A stretch of 64,000 bases of DNA from Nitrospirota bacterium (GCA_963721805.1 CAVRJY010000002.1:320001-384000); one strand, 5' to 3'. Positions 15,390 through 24,221 are shown, counted from the stretch's first letter. Notes: generated by a model from the letters alone, not told the origin. Made by a program: numbers and translations.

Positions 15390-17786
15390 GTTTTCCTGAT
15401 TTCTGTATTGAGGATTCACAGCATATGCAGCCCCATCAAGAAGCGCGATATAGCTGCGCTCTGTAAGCACCTTCAATCCGGGGTCTACAGCATCCATTGT
15501 TTTGAGTGCGTTTTTATGCCGCATGACATCCCGGCCAGTGAAGCGCTCCGGCTTGTGGCGGTCTATGTATTCCAGAATCAGCCGGGCTGATTCAATGCGC
15601 GGGTCTTCGCCCATGAACCCGAAGACAGCAAGGGCATGAGCCGCGTAATAGCTTGCTATCGAAGTAGCCGCATGTACTGTTTCGGCCTCTATGGGTAAGG
15701 TTGCCCCGCTTTGCCCGTGAATTGCGAAATGCAAAAGCGCCGCTATCCTTGCCGCCGCACCCGGCAGTTTCGAGCCCCATTCCTTAATGCCCTCCATGTC
15801 GCCGCCCTCTTTAAGATCGGCTTCAGCGTCATGGTAAAACTCGGCCCATGCTTCAAGTGCTGATGGGGTTAAATTGAGGTCACAGTTCATAGGGGGTATG
15901 TCCATCAAATCCCAGAGGTGCGCGCGGTATCGGGCGGCTATTTCCGGTGCTATGGGGGTCGTTTGCAGCTTGCGGTGTCCGATGCGGCCCCCATTCATCG
16001 AAAACAAGAACCGTGCGAGGAGTCCGCGTCCTTTGAATTGTCTGTTCTCGCCTATCTCGCGGATTACATCACTCTGGACAGACACGCAAAGGGTTAGCGC
16101 CGGAGCCTCCATATAGCAGGCACCTCGGCTCATTCTGTGCGCGCTCCATGAGTCTCCGGCGTGGGCTTTCAGGAGTATGTCGAAGTTTGCGCCGCCCTTG
16201 CTGTAGAGCCCGGCCATGATTCCGAATATCCCGCCCTCCGCGCTGATAATACTCATGCGTTCCCCGTGGACTGTCATCGTATCGCCTAATTTCTCAGGTG
16301 TTACGTCATCCATTATGAATAGGGGGTATGGAGGGACAGGGTTATCCGTAATCTCCTTCTGTATATCGGCAATCTCTCGTATCAGTCGCTCACGGTCATT
16401 AAGCTCCTTTGCTTTAGATGCCTCTTTTTCCTTTGCCCCCAACTGAGCTTGCCGCACTTTATCTGCCGCTATTGCCTCGCAGATTACGGCCTTCATGCGC
16501 TCGGCTTTATCGTTCTGGTAATCGTATAAGGGGCGGGTCATAACGGATAACGTGGAACTCTTGCGCTCGCCGCTATCGAGGATCGGACAGACATAGATGG
16601 ATAGGGGCTCGCGGTGTGAGGCAAGCGACACCCCGGCCTTGCGTTGCATGGCTGTTGCTAGTGCCGCAAGATACACCCCTGCCGGGAATCCCGCATCTAC
16701 CTGATAGACCTCTGTGACGGCTTTAACCATTTCGCGGCCTATTCCCGGTAACACATCAACTGGAAACTGAGGAAGGTTAGTAAGGCTGTTAAGCGGAATG
16801 ATCGAAGGCCATTCAGCAGAAGCAACGTTTGCAATGTTGCTGGTTACAGCTTTTGCCGCCTTGATACAGTGCTGGACAGCTTCTATGCCCTCTAATTGGT
16901 GAAGATCATTAAAGTCGGTGGGGCCTTTCTTTTCAGCCTTAAACTTAGCAATCTCATTCTCAGACAAATTGAACTCCGGGACTGCAAGGAGCGCCCCGGC
17001 CTCTCGCGCCGCCTCAGTCGCGTTCGTAATGCCGGGGTTTCCGTCTGTCCATTGGTCATTATCGGAACAGACTATCAGACCCGATCCGGTTTCTTCTCGC
17101 GAAGTAGCTTTGTTACTGCGCCGCAGATTTCCGGCATCAAAAGCAACCACTATGGAATGCCCTGTGGCTTCATGCAGGCTTGCCCCTGTAGCGTATCCCT
17201 CGCATATCAGGATAGGGCCTGTCTTGTCTCCGGGTATCCGGCAGAAGTGTCCGACCTTAGCAGTTCCGGTTTTGAACTTCTTGCTTCCATCCCCCGAAAT
17301 GAACTGTAGGCCATGAAGCACCCCGGCGAAGTCCTGTACCGGAATAATGAGAGCGTCCCCTGATTGCTTTATTGCGAAAGGTTTAATCCCTTTGACAGTT
17401 AGATACTGATGTCTCTCATCAGCCTTCAGGCCCTTATCCCAAATTGCTTTAGACTTGGTTCTGCACTCTTCACGTCCCCGCGCCTGCTCCTCGTCGGCCT
17501 GTTTACGGATTCGCTCCATAGTGGCCTTGTATCGTGCGCGCTCTTCTACTGTCATGCTCTGGCTATCTCTTGAGCGCCACTTCTCCTTTATCTGCCGTTT
17601 GTGGCATCCAAAGGCCCCTGCGGCAAAATCTTCGGCTTCATGCAACACATACCAGCCGTTCTTCTTGTGCGGCTTATCTCCGTCTACATGGAAGCGGTGG
17701 AGCTTCCCGTTTGCTATGACTTGCTCATGTGGTTCGATTCCGGCACTTGCAAGTGCTTGTCTAAATTTATCGGTGCTGGTATCCAC
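15384..17786 (-). CDS. Toprim primase fused to a DUF3987/YfjI-like helicase domain
   Basis: ICEGYATG, AFDAGNL, SDND, TDFND (Toprim); SGERKSS, DVTPEKL, GLLARFL (DUF3987); GTG17786 with GGAGG RBS. Confidence 0.85.
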   Translation of the reverse strand: MDTSTDKFRQALASAGIEPHEQVIANGKLHRFHVDGDKPHKKNGWYVLHEAEDFAAGAFGCHKRQIKEKWRSRDSQSMTVEERARYKATMERIRKQADEEQARGREECRTKSKAIWDKGLKADERHQYLTVKGIKPFAIKQSGDALIIPVQDFAGVLHGLQFISGDGSKKFKTGTAKVGHFCRIPGDKTGPILICEGYATGASLHEATGHSIVVAFDAGNLRRSNKATSREETGSGLIVCSDNDQWTDGNPGITNATEAAREAGALLAVPEFNLSENEIAKFKAEKKGPTDFNDLHQLEGIEAVQHCIKAAKAVTSNIANVASAEWPSIIPLNSLTNLPQFPVDVLPGIGREMVKAVTEVYQVDAGFPAGVYLAALATAMQRKAGVSLASHREPLSIYVCPILDSGERKSSTLSVMTRPLYDYQNDKAERMKAVICEAIAADKVRQAQLGAKEKEASKAKELNDRERLIREIADIQKEITDNPVPPYPLFIMDDVTPEKLGDTMTVHGERMSIISAEGGIFGIMAGLYSKGGANFDILLKAHAGDSWSAHRMSRGACYMEAPALTLCVSVQSDVIREIGENRQFKGRGLLARFLFSMNGGRIGHRKLQTTPIAPEIAARYRAHLWDLMDIPPMNCDLNLTPSALEAWAEFYHDAEADLKEGGDMEGIKEWGSKLPGAAARIAALLHFAIHGQSGATLPIEAETVHAATSIASYYAAHALAVFGFMGEDPRIESARLILEYIDRHKPERFTGRDVMRHKNALKTMDAVDPGLKVLTERSYIALLDGAAYAVNPQYRNQENH

Positions 17787-17891
17787 GTTATACCCCCTCC
17801 AGCTTGAATACTCTGAAGAGAACGTGAACAATTGATTCTGGCAGCAACCCCCAACAAGCGAGGCCGACAATGATAACCTTCAATGTTGCTC

Positions 17892-18137
17892 TCAACCCTT
17901 AACCCTCTCGCGGGCAATACCGACCGCACTTCTTAGTGATTCAAAAGCCATAAGGTACGACTGAACGGGGACATGGGCATTTGCAAAGAAGCTTTCCATT
18001 GCTGCATTTAGCCCGCCCCCGGAAAGCTCAATCTTAATTGTTCCCCCATCGGATACAGCGCGGAAACTAAACCCCATTGCTATTAGGAATGCTGCCAGTT
18101 GGTTACTTGTGGTAAGTACACTCTCGGCCTTCTTCAC
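17892..18137 (-). CDS. Small DUF5659-like protein, first gene of the leftward operon
   Basis: GTG18137 with AAAGGAGG RBS; TTSNQLAAFLIAMGF motif. Confidence 0.7.
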   Translation of the reverse strand: MKKAESVLTTSNQLAAFLIAMGFSFRAVSDGGTIKIELSGGGLNAAMESFFANAHVPVQSYLMAFESLRSAVGIARERVKG

Positions 18138-18168
18138 GGGGCCTCCTTTCTTTTCTTGCCCCATGAAA

Positions 18169-18184
18169 TGCAATGCTTGTGCCA
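18169..18184 (-). promoter_or_regulatory. Sigma-54 (-24/-12) promoter TGGCACAAGCATTGCA
   Basis: Exact match to TGGCAC-N5-TTGCW, 31 bp upstream of GTG18137. Confidence 0.9.
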
Positions 18185-18200
18185 GATTTGAGCCGTGAGT

Positions 18201-18213
18201 TAACCTATTGATA
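18201..18213 (-). promoter_or_regulatory. IHF site TATCAATAGGTTA
   Basis: Exact WATCAANNNNTTR match immediately upstream of the -24 box. Confidence 0.75.
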
Positions 18214-18246
18214 ACAAAGCAAAACAAGTGATTTGAATACCCTTGT

Positions 18247-18275
18247 TTGACATGCAAATCAATATTAATTATCAT
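18247..18275 (+). promoter_or_regulatory. Sigma-70 promoter TTGACA-N17-TATCAT for the bEBP gene
   Basis: Direct motif match; AAGGAG RBS before ATG18322. Confidence 0.75.
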
Positions 18276-18321
18276 AAGTAATAATCAAAACTGAAACTGA
18301 ACAAGAAAAGGAGCCGCTCAA

Positions 18322-19722
18322 ATGTCTGACTTGCCCACCATTCTTAAAATGATGGAGCATCGTCCTACCCCAAACCCTAATGATTTCAACGACCCGGAAA
18401 TATGGAAGAGTGTGTGGGCTGAGCATTTAAGTGAAGAATCAGCGACAAGAAGGTTTAATGAACTCACTGCCGGTCTAAATGCCTACAGGGGCACTATTCC
18501 TGCTGATGACATTGATGGTAGTTTTACTTCCTATTTTATGCGTGCCAGCCAAGAGTTAGATAGGGAAACCAATTGGGACAACTTTAAGAAATTTAAGTTT
18601 AAAAAAAGAACCACCTCGATTGCCAACGCGGCACTTCTAATAGAGGGCATACATGATTTGGTCTTGATTGGGTTATTAGAGAATGCGCGCCACTATGAAA
18701 GTCTGAGGTATATAGCAGCGCATTATAATCCATTTGTTAATGACATACAGCTTAAAGCGGAATTAAACGCCCCTCTGCTAATCACAGGGAATTCAGGTAC
18801 AGGAAAAGAAGCTATGGCATATTGCATCCATATGATAAGTGGTAGGCGTAAGGAGCCATTCAAAAGCATCGACTGTTCAGCATTTTCAGGTGATTTAATA
18901 GCCTCGGAATTATTCGGCACAGTAAAAGGGGCCTTTACTGGTGCAATAGATAAACCCGGACTTCTTGAGTCAGCGAATGGCGGGACAGTATTTCTTGACG
19001 AAATAGCAAATATGCCAAAGCCTCAACAGGCCATGTTACTAAGGGTTATTGAATCTGGGAAGCTTAGGCGTGTTGGGGCGAATGAGGACATAAAGAAGAA
19101 GCTTGACGTTAGATACATTGCGGCAGTACAGCCGAGCAAAGAAAACGAGTTGCTGCCTGATTTGCTTTATAGATTGACCTATCCGTTTTGTATAAGGCTT
19201 CCATCGCTGAAGGAACGGTTTGCAGCATTAGATGACGACCAACAAAAAAGGATAATTAATCATTCATTAAAGCGTCTGACAAGGAGAGAATCGAGCATCC
19301 CATCCGAGGTTGCTTTTACTGTGTCTGCAATTAACCGACTTGTTGCACACGACTATCCCGGCAACTATCGAGAGCTTGAAAACACATTGCTCATAGCAAT
19401 AATAAACGCTCAGAATAAACATAGCTATAACGCTAAGAAACAGTTACGCATTGACACAGAACACCTTCCTACTATAGCGCAACACACAACAGCTAACCCG
19501 GCAGAAAACCTGATAGATATTAGCTCTTGGTCGCTTATGGATTTGGCCATCCCTGATAAAAAGCTCGCCCCGTTCCTCGCGGAGCGAGTTATGGGAATAT
19601 ATAAGGACGGCAGTACTCCAAGCTATGAGCTTTCAAAAGAGGGGGGCAATGATGCGAAATTCGGACGGCACTTTGAGAAAATGGTAGGGGTAAGCCTAAC
19701 GGAATTTAAACGCAACATGTAG
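18322..19722 (+). CDS. Sigma-54 enhancer-binding AAA+ activator (bEBP) with unrecognised N-terminal domain
   Basis: GNSGTGKE, SELFG..KGAFTGA, VFLDEI, LLRVIE, DLLYRL, YPGNYRELEN. Confidence 0.92.
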   Translation: MSDLPTILKMMEHRPTPNPNDFNDPEIWKSVWAEHLSEESATRRFNELTAGLNAYRGTIPADDIDGSFTSYFMRASQELDRETNWDNFKKFKFKKRTTSIANAALLIEGIHDLVLIGLLENARHYESLRYIAAHYNPFVNDIQLKAELNAPLLITGNSGTGKEAMAYCIHMISGRRKEPFKSIDCSAFSGDLIASELFGTVKGAFTGAIDKPGLLESANGGTVFLDEIANMPKPQQAMLLRVIESGKLRRVGANEDIKKKLDVRYIAAVQPSKENELLPDLLYRLTYPFCIRLPSLKERFAALDDDQQKRIINHSLKRLTRRESSIPSEVAFTVSAINRLVAHDYPGNYRELENTLLIAIINAQNKHSYNAKKQLRIDTEHLPTIAQHTTANPAENLIDISSWSLMDLAIPDKKLAPFLAERVMGIYKDGSTPSYELSKEGGNDAKFGRHFEKMVGVSLTEFKRNM

Positions 19723-19734
19723 AGTACGGTTAAA

Positions 19735-20097
19735 CTATTCTGGGCAGTCGTATGGTTCAAACGATCCTTCTTTGAGTTCGCCGGTTAGGTTCTCGATCAG
19801 ATACACTTTGGGTTTCTTATCTTGACCTACAGCTATGAATCCTCGGCAAAAGAAACTGCAAGGTAAATCGGTAGAAAAGCATATTTCTTTTTGTTTCGCC
19901 TGCAACAATTCAATTGGCCATTTATGACAATCATACTTGCCATATTTAGGGCAAATAAGCACTTCAAATTCGCCGCCGTAAATAATAGTTTTCCCCTCCA
20001 TTTTCCCTATCGCATCAAACAGCGAAGCAGCATAGGCATCATTAAATGTAATGGCTATCTGTAGTACGATTATGAATAAAAGAGTTTTTGCCATCAT
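19735..20097 (-). CDS. Secreted Cys-rich hypothetical protein
   Basis: Signal peptide ending AYA-A; six Cys. Confidence 0.65.
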   Translation of the reverse strand: MMAKTLLFIIVLQIAITFNDAYAASLFDAIGKMEGKTIIYGGEFEVLICPKYGKYDCHKWPIELLQAKQKEICFSTDLPCSFFCRGFIAVGQDKKPKVYLIENLTGELKEGSFEPYDCPE

Positions 20098-20102
20098 CGA
20101 TT

Positions 20103-20717
20103 CTATTTGCCGACTGGCTCTCCCTTTACACGCCTTACCACATCACCATTTTGGGTAACATGCTCATAATCACTCTCCTTTAATTCTTTTCCAAGAAAAG
20201 GGATTGCACCGGCTACCAGATAAGGGAAAACGTCTCGCATTGAATCCCCAAATTGTTCATCGCTTCTAATGACAGTTTTCCATAATTCGCCTTCTTGTTT
20301 CTCAAGGTAGGTTTTTCTGTCAAAGGCATCAAATGATACATAATACAGCCCCGCGTTTATTCCCGTGACGCTCATGCTCTCAGTATTTCCAGCCGCTTTA
20401 TCTGTAACTGGGATTGTTACATTGCGTGTTTCAGCAGAATACGATAAAACGCTTCCATACGAAACGAGAATTAATATGTCGGCTTTATCTGGATTCGCGG
20501 CTGGTTCAAATCCGGCGAGTTTAAGCCCTCTATCTAAATATGCTCTGTACTCCTTAAACTCTAGCGACGATTCTTTCACCCATGGCTGCGCCGGGCGAAG
20601 CTCATACTTCTTCATAGAATCGTCGGCCATCATCGCATCGATCTTAACACTATAATGCGATGGGCAACCAGCGAGAGCTATCACTATAAGCAGTCCTAAC
20701 ACTATCTTCTTTATCAT
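20103..20717 (-). CDS. Lipoprotein (DUF4136-like)
   Basis: MIKK..LAGC lipobox; GAGGGGAG RBS. Confidence 0.7.
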   Translation of the reverse strand: MIKKIVLGLLIVIALAGCPSHYSVKIDAMMADDSMKKYELRPAQPWVKESSLEFKEYRAYLDRGLKLAGFEPAANPDKADILILVSYGSVLSYSAETRNVTIPVTDKAAGNTESMSVTGINAGLYYVSFDAFDRKTYLEKQEGELWKTVIRSDEQFGDSMRDVFPYLVAGAIPFLGKELKESDYEHVTQNGDVVRRVKGEPVGK

Positions 20718-20863
20718 CCTCTCCCCCTCAATAAAGTTGTATTGCAATAGCTTAGCCCCCAACTGATCTAAAGTCAATATAACAACAAGGAAACTTCGTG
20801 ACATTTACCTTAAAACTCTTTATACTTCAAGTTATCAATAGAATCTCAAACGGGGGTAGCCAT

Positions 20864-21169
20864 ATGAAAAGAATAATGCTCTGTCTCGTTATACTCTGTG
20901 CGTTTAGCGGTATCGCTCTTGCCGGGGATGTCAACGTGAACGGCTACTGGCGGGATTCAAACCACGATGGGGTTAAGGATACCTATGTCAGCCCCTATAC
21001 ACGCACCGCGCCTGATGATAGCCGCCTGAATAACTATAGCACTCAAGGGAATACCAACCCTTACACCGGACGGCAGGGAACCGAAAGCCCATACAGCAAT
21101 CCCAGCACCCCGCTTGGCGGCTCGAACTATGGGAGTGGCAGCAATGGAAAATCGCTCTTAGGACAGTAA
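20864..21169 (+). CDS. Small secreted protein (VxGYxR..GT.V.PY.RTAPD..NNYST.GN.NPYTG type)
   Basis: Signal peptide ending ALA-G; recurrent accessory-gene motif. Confidence 0.75.
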   Translation: MKRIMLCLVILCAFSGIALAGDVNVNGYWRDSNHDGVKDTYVSPYTRTAPDDSRLNNYSTQGNTNPYTGRQGTESPYSNPSTPLGGSNYGSGSNGKSLLGQ

Positions 21170-21207
21170 GCGCTGGGGCATCGTGTGGCGTGGAAAGAAA
21201 TCAACGA

Positions 21208-21678
21208 ATGAAAACATTAAGCCTTAAAACTAAAAAAGTGATAGCCCGCGAAGGATTGATACTTTTGGGCATTTTGATACTGATTGCGGCAGCGATAAGC
21301 TTCGAATTGATTAACGCAGCCTATTACAAGCATATGACATCAATATTTATAGCCGAGCGTGGCCCATGGAAGGATTACGCTCCTACTAATCCGGATATTG
21401 TCCCGACTTCTGTTCTTCCTGATGAGGTTGTAGCAAAAGAGAGGCGTAGGCTAATTAATGCAGGATTCACACCACAAGAAATAGCTCAATACCAGAGGGT
21501 AGAGCCACCTTCTATATTTAAAACTGGAATAAATCCTCAGGATACCAAAGTAGCGAAGTTTTTTATAATAGCTGCGTATTGCTTATATTTATTTGTCAGA
21601 ATATTTATTGTGGCAATTGGCTACTCCATTAAGTTTACCAAGTGGGCTCGCGCAATCCTCAAACAACAGGAGCCATAA
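21208..21678 (+). CDS. Two-TM membrane protein
   Basis: Two hydrophobic helices flanking a soluble loop; start uncertain (21190 or 21208). Confidence 0.65.
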   Translation: MKTLSLKTKKVIAREGLILLGILILIAAAISFELINAAYYKHMTSIFIAERGPWKDYAPTNPDIVPTSVLPDEVVAKERRRLINAGFTPQEIAQYQRVEPPSIFKTGINPQDTKVAKFFIIAAYCLYLFVRIFIVAIGYSIKFTKWARAILKQQEP

Positions 21679-21759
21679 AATCATTTCCACTTATCTATTC
21701 ACTTCGCATCCTCTATTGTCTGCCATTGCATATTCTCAGGCTAATCAGGGCAGCGTCAC

Positions 21760-21778
21760 TGTATAGTTTTTGTATAGT
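21760..21778 (+). repeat. Integrase arm-type site, right copy
   Basis: Identical to 12287-12305. Confidence 0.8.
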
Positions 21779-21897
21779 GAATGCTCGGTACGATAGGGCA
21801 CAATAGGGGAAAGCCGAAGGGCTTCCCCTGATGCAAAGGGCACGATTTAGCACGAAAAAGCACGATCTGCTAAACCCGGAGAGCAATAGGCATTGCA

Positions 21898-21942
21898 TTG
21901 ACACGGTAGAGGTCAGGGGTTCGATACCCCTCGCGCCTACCA
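21898..21942 (+). pseudogene. attR: displaced 3' half of tRNA-Val ending in ACCA
   Basis: TTGACACGGTAGAGGTCAGGGGTTCGATACCCCTCGCGCCTACCA; no 5' half. Confidence 0.92.
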
Positions 21943-21950
21943 TTAAAAAC

Positions 21951-21983
21951 AAGGGGCTGGCCATTTATGGCTGGCCCCTTATT
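21951..21983 (+). terminator. Hairpin terminator after attR
   Basis: AAGGGGCTGGCCAT-TT-ATGGCTGGCCCCTT-ATT with two G-U pairs. Confidence 0.65.
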
Positions 21984-22130
21984 CTTGCGGATTCAGCAGG
22001 CGGGTAAGCTGTGTTGGGAACAATGGCATAATAACCTTGACTTACAAAGTCCTACCAATTACTCTAACAGGCATAGAGCTAGTTTTTCGGGCTTGCGCGA
22101 AATCCCTTAAAAGGTCGATACCGGAATTAT

Positions 22131-23255
22131 ATGTCAACAGATACATTTTTCAGCCGAGCTTATACGGATACGATCAAAGGGTTCGCTATTACCGGTATTT
22201 TTCTTTGCCACTATTTCGAAAAGGTTTACGGGTCGCAAAGCCTCATACAGTGGACATTTGCCCCAAACGCCATACGGGATTTCTTCTATGCAGTAAACAT
22301 CTCCAAGGTCGATCCTGCTACTCTGTTTTTCCTGTATTTCGGATACGTAGGCGTCTCTATGTTTTTTGTTCTCAGCGGTTATGGCCTGGCCTCTTCGCGT
22401 TTAGGCAATGAGCCACAGCTGTGGAAGGCTTTCTTTATAAGGCGGTGCGTGCGATTAATGCCTCTTTATTATCTTTCAATAGCGGTTTTTTCCCCGATAG
22501 TGGCATTATCGGCCGGCCTGCCAACAGACAAGGTATGGAATGCCGTGATATCTAAGGTGCTGTTTATCCATACATTCAACATAAATACGATGTTTTATAT
22601 TAATTCTTCGCTTTGGTTTGTTGGGGTCATCGTTTGGCTGTACGCATGTTTCCCTTTGATTTTTTCATTTGCCAGAAAAAACGCCAGCCTGACGTTTCTC
22701 ATTTGTTTTGCGGTGTCGTACCTGTCCTCTGCCTGGATAGCTTCCTCGGATTTGGCCAGAGTGCACAGTGCGTTTGCTATGGGAGGGTTTCCGCTGTCCA
22801 GGCTTGGGGAGTTTTCGTTTGGAATCTGTTTTGCGGTCGTAGTGCGGGCTCAGCCTCGCAAGGCGGAGGCGGCCCTCCGCCATCCATTGCTGATCATGTG
22901 TTCGGCAATAATGTTTTCGGCAGGAGTGGGGGGGCTAATTTACCGTCCGTTATATCCATGCCACCAGTTATTCCTCTCGGTGCCGTTAATGCATGTTATT
23001 ACGCTGAGCTACCGTGTAATGGGCAAAGGGGCGGCGACGTTATTCTATCCGTTTAGCTTTGCGGGCAGGCACTCTTACGCGCTATTTGTAATCCACGAGC
23101 CGCTGTTGCTGTTATCTACGTCATTAATGAAATCGTCCTCTTTGTCTTTCATTGCCGTGGCTGGAATTGTATTGCCTCTTTTTGCGGTTTTTTCGGCCGG
23201 GGTAGGGTTGACGGTAGACAGGCTTATGCGCTCAAGGACTTTCGCCAGCCAATGA
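22131..23255 (+). CDS. Acyltransferase-3 (OafA-like) membrane protein
   Basis: D.IKGFAI..I..CH, GVSMFFVLSGY, RRCVRLMPLY, SLWF, GRHSYALFVIH. Confidence 0.9.
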   Translation: MSTDTFFSRAYTDTIKGFAITGIFLCHYFEKVYGSQSLIQWTFAPNAIRDFFYAVNISKVDPATLFFLYFGYVGVSMFFVLSGYGLASSRLGNEPQLWKAFFIRRCVRLMPLYYLSIAVFSPIVALSAGLPTDKVWNAVISKVLFIHTFNINTMFYINSSLWFVGVIVWLYACFPLIFSFARKNASLTFLICFAVSYLSSAWIASSDLARVHSAFAMGGFPLSRLGEFSFGICFAVVVRAQPRKAEAALRHPLLIMCSAIMFSAGVGGLIYRPLYPCHQLFLSVPLMHVITLSYRVMGKGAATLFYPFSFAGRHSYALFVIHEPLLLLSTSLMKSSSLSFIAVAGIVLPLFAVFSAGVGLTVDRLMRSRTFASQ

Positions 23256-23376
23256 CGCGTTTTCGTATGCTTGAGAATATTGCGTAATCCGTCTGTTGTA
23301 TATGCCTCACAATCCTAATCCCTCTGACATTGCTGATAAGTTGCGCTTGTCTGTGCCGAGGCATCAGGCGGCTGCA

Positions 23377-23901
23377 TTAATGTAATGATGCCATCAGCGC
23401 CGAGCGCGAACATGTCTCGGTCTTGCATAGGATATGCTTGACATGCTGTTTGACCGTCAGCTCGCTGATAAAGAGCTTCTCCGCGATCACCCTGTTTTTG
23501 CAGCCCTCACAGACCAGCCTTAGGACATCGCATTCCCTGTTGGATAACTGAAAAATGTTCCTGACGACCTGGATGTCCACCGACCGCATCTCAACGGCCT
23601 TTTCAAGGAGGACAGTAATGTGTCTGTCCGCCCCAGGGGCATCGGCCTTTCGCAGCGTACACAGCCTGATCGCGATGGCTTGGCGAGGGTCGCCGTCCTG
23701 AAATACGGATGTGTGCTGCACTCCATCAAAGCGTGAGGCAATGGCAACGAGGCTGAGTACCAGATCGTGAAGCGCGGGCATCGAGCCTATCAGCTCCGAG
23801 GCCACATCATTAGAGTAAGTCAAGGAAGAATCCAGGCCGAATATAAGGATTCCGGGTAAGGTGCGTCGTCCTGCCAGGTCATTCATCCGGTTCATGTACA
23901 A
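23377..23901 (-). CDS. LuxR-family C-terminal HTH regulator
   Basis: LSNRECDVL..GCKNRVIAEKLFISELTVKQHVKHI. Confidence 0.88.
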   Translation of the reverse strand: MYMNRMNDLAGRRTLPGILIFGLDSSLTYSNDVASELIGSMPALHDLVLSLVAIASRFDGVQHTSVFQDGDPRQAIAIRLCTLRKADAPGADRHITVLLEKAVEMRSVDIQVVRNIFQLSNRECDVLRLVCEGCKNRVIAEKLFISELTVKQHVKHILCKTETCSRSALMASLH

Positions 23902-24221
23902 ATTATATCACCTGATCTCTGTTTCACATAATTGGCCTGAAACGGTGAATGCTACTTTGGGGGTATTTACCGCGGGTCAAAGACCCGCTATGCTTTTATT
24001 AGATATAGCTTCAAGCCAGCTATAAACCGTGGCTTTAGTTTGGCTGTGCGCACGACGGACGCATGGCCGGGTGTCTCGGCGCAGGCTGGGGCGGGACGAG
24101 GGTATCCGGTAAGAACACGGAATGATCAAGGAGGCGATCAAATGGCGGATACGCAAAGGAGAACAGGCGTCATGGCGGAATAGCAAGCAGTCCTGAACCT
24201 TAATAGTTACCGGGGGTAAAT

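Larger units (their letters stand above)
12193..21942. mobile_element. Island 2: about 9.7-kb capsid-less phage-satellite-like integrative element in tRNA-Val
   Basis: 42-bp direct repeat 12193-12234 / 21898-21939 (2 mismatches); integrase, excisionase, primase fusion and TerS-like gene; no capsid or tail genes. Confidence 0.9.

Noticed and set aside
21898..21942. Second functional tRNA-Val
   Set aside because: It lacks the 5' acceptor strand and D-arm; it is attR
12193..21942. Intact prophage
   Set aside because: Both att sites are 9.7 kb apart with no structural or lysis genes between them
21713..21964. 83-aa minus-strand ORF sharing TIQKLY with the integrase C-terminus
   Set aside because: It is antisense to the tRNA fragment, and the shared peptide is only the translation of the 19-bp arm repeat
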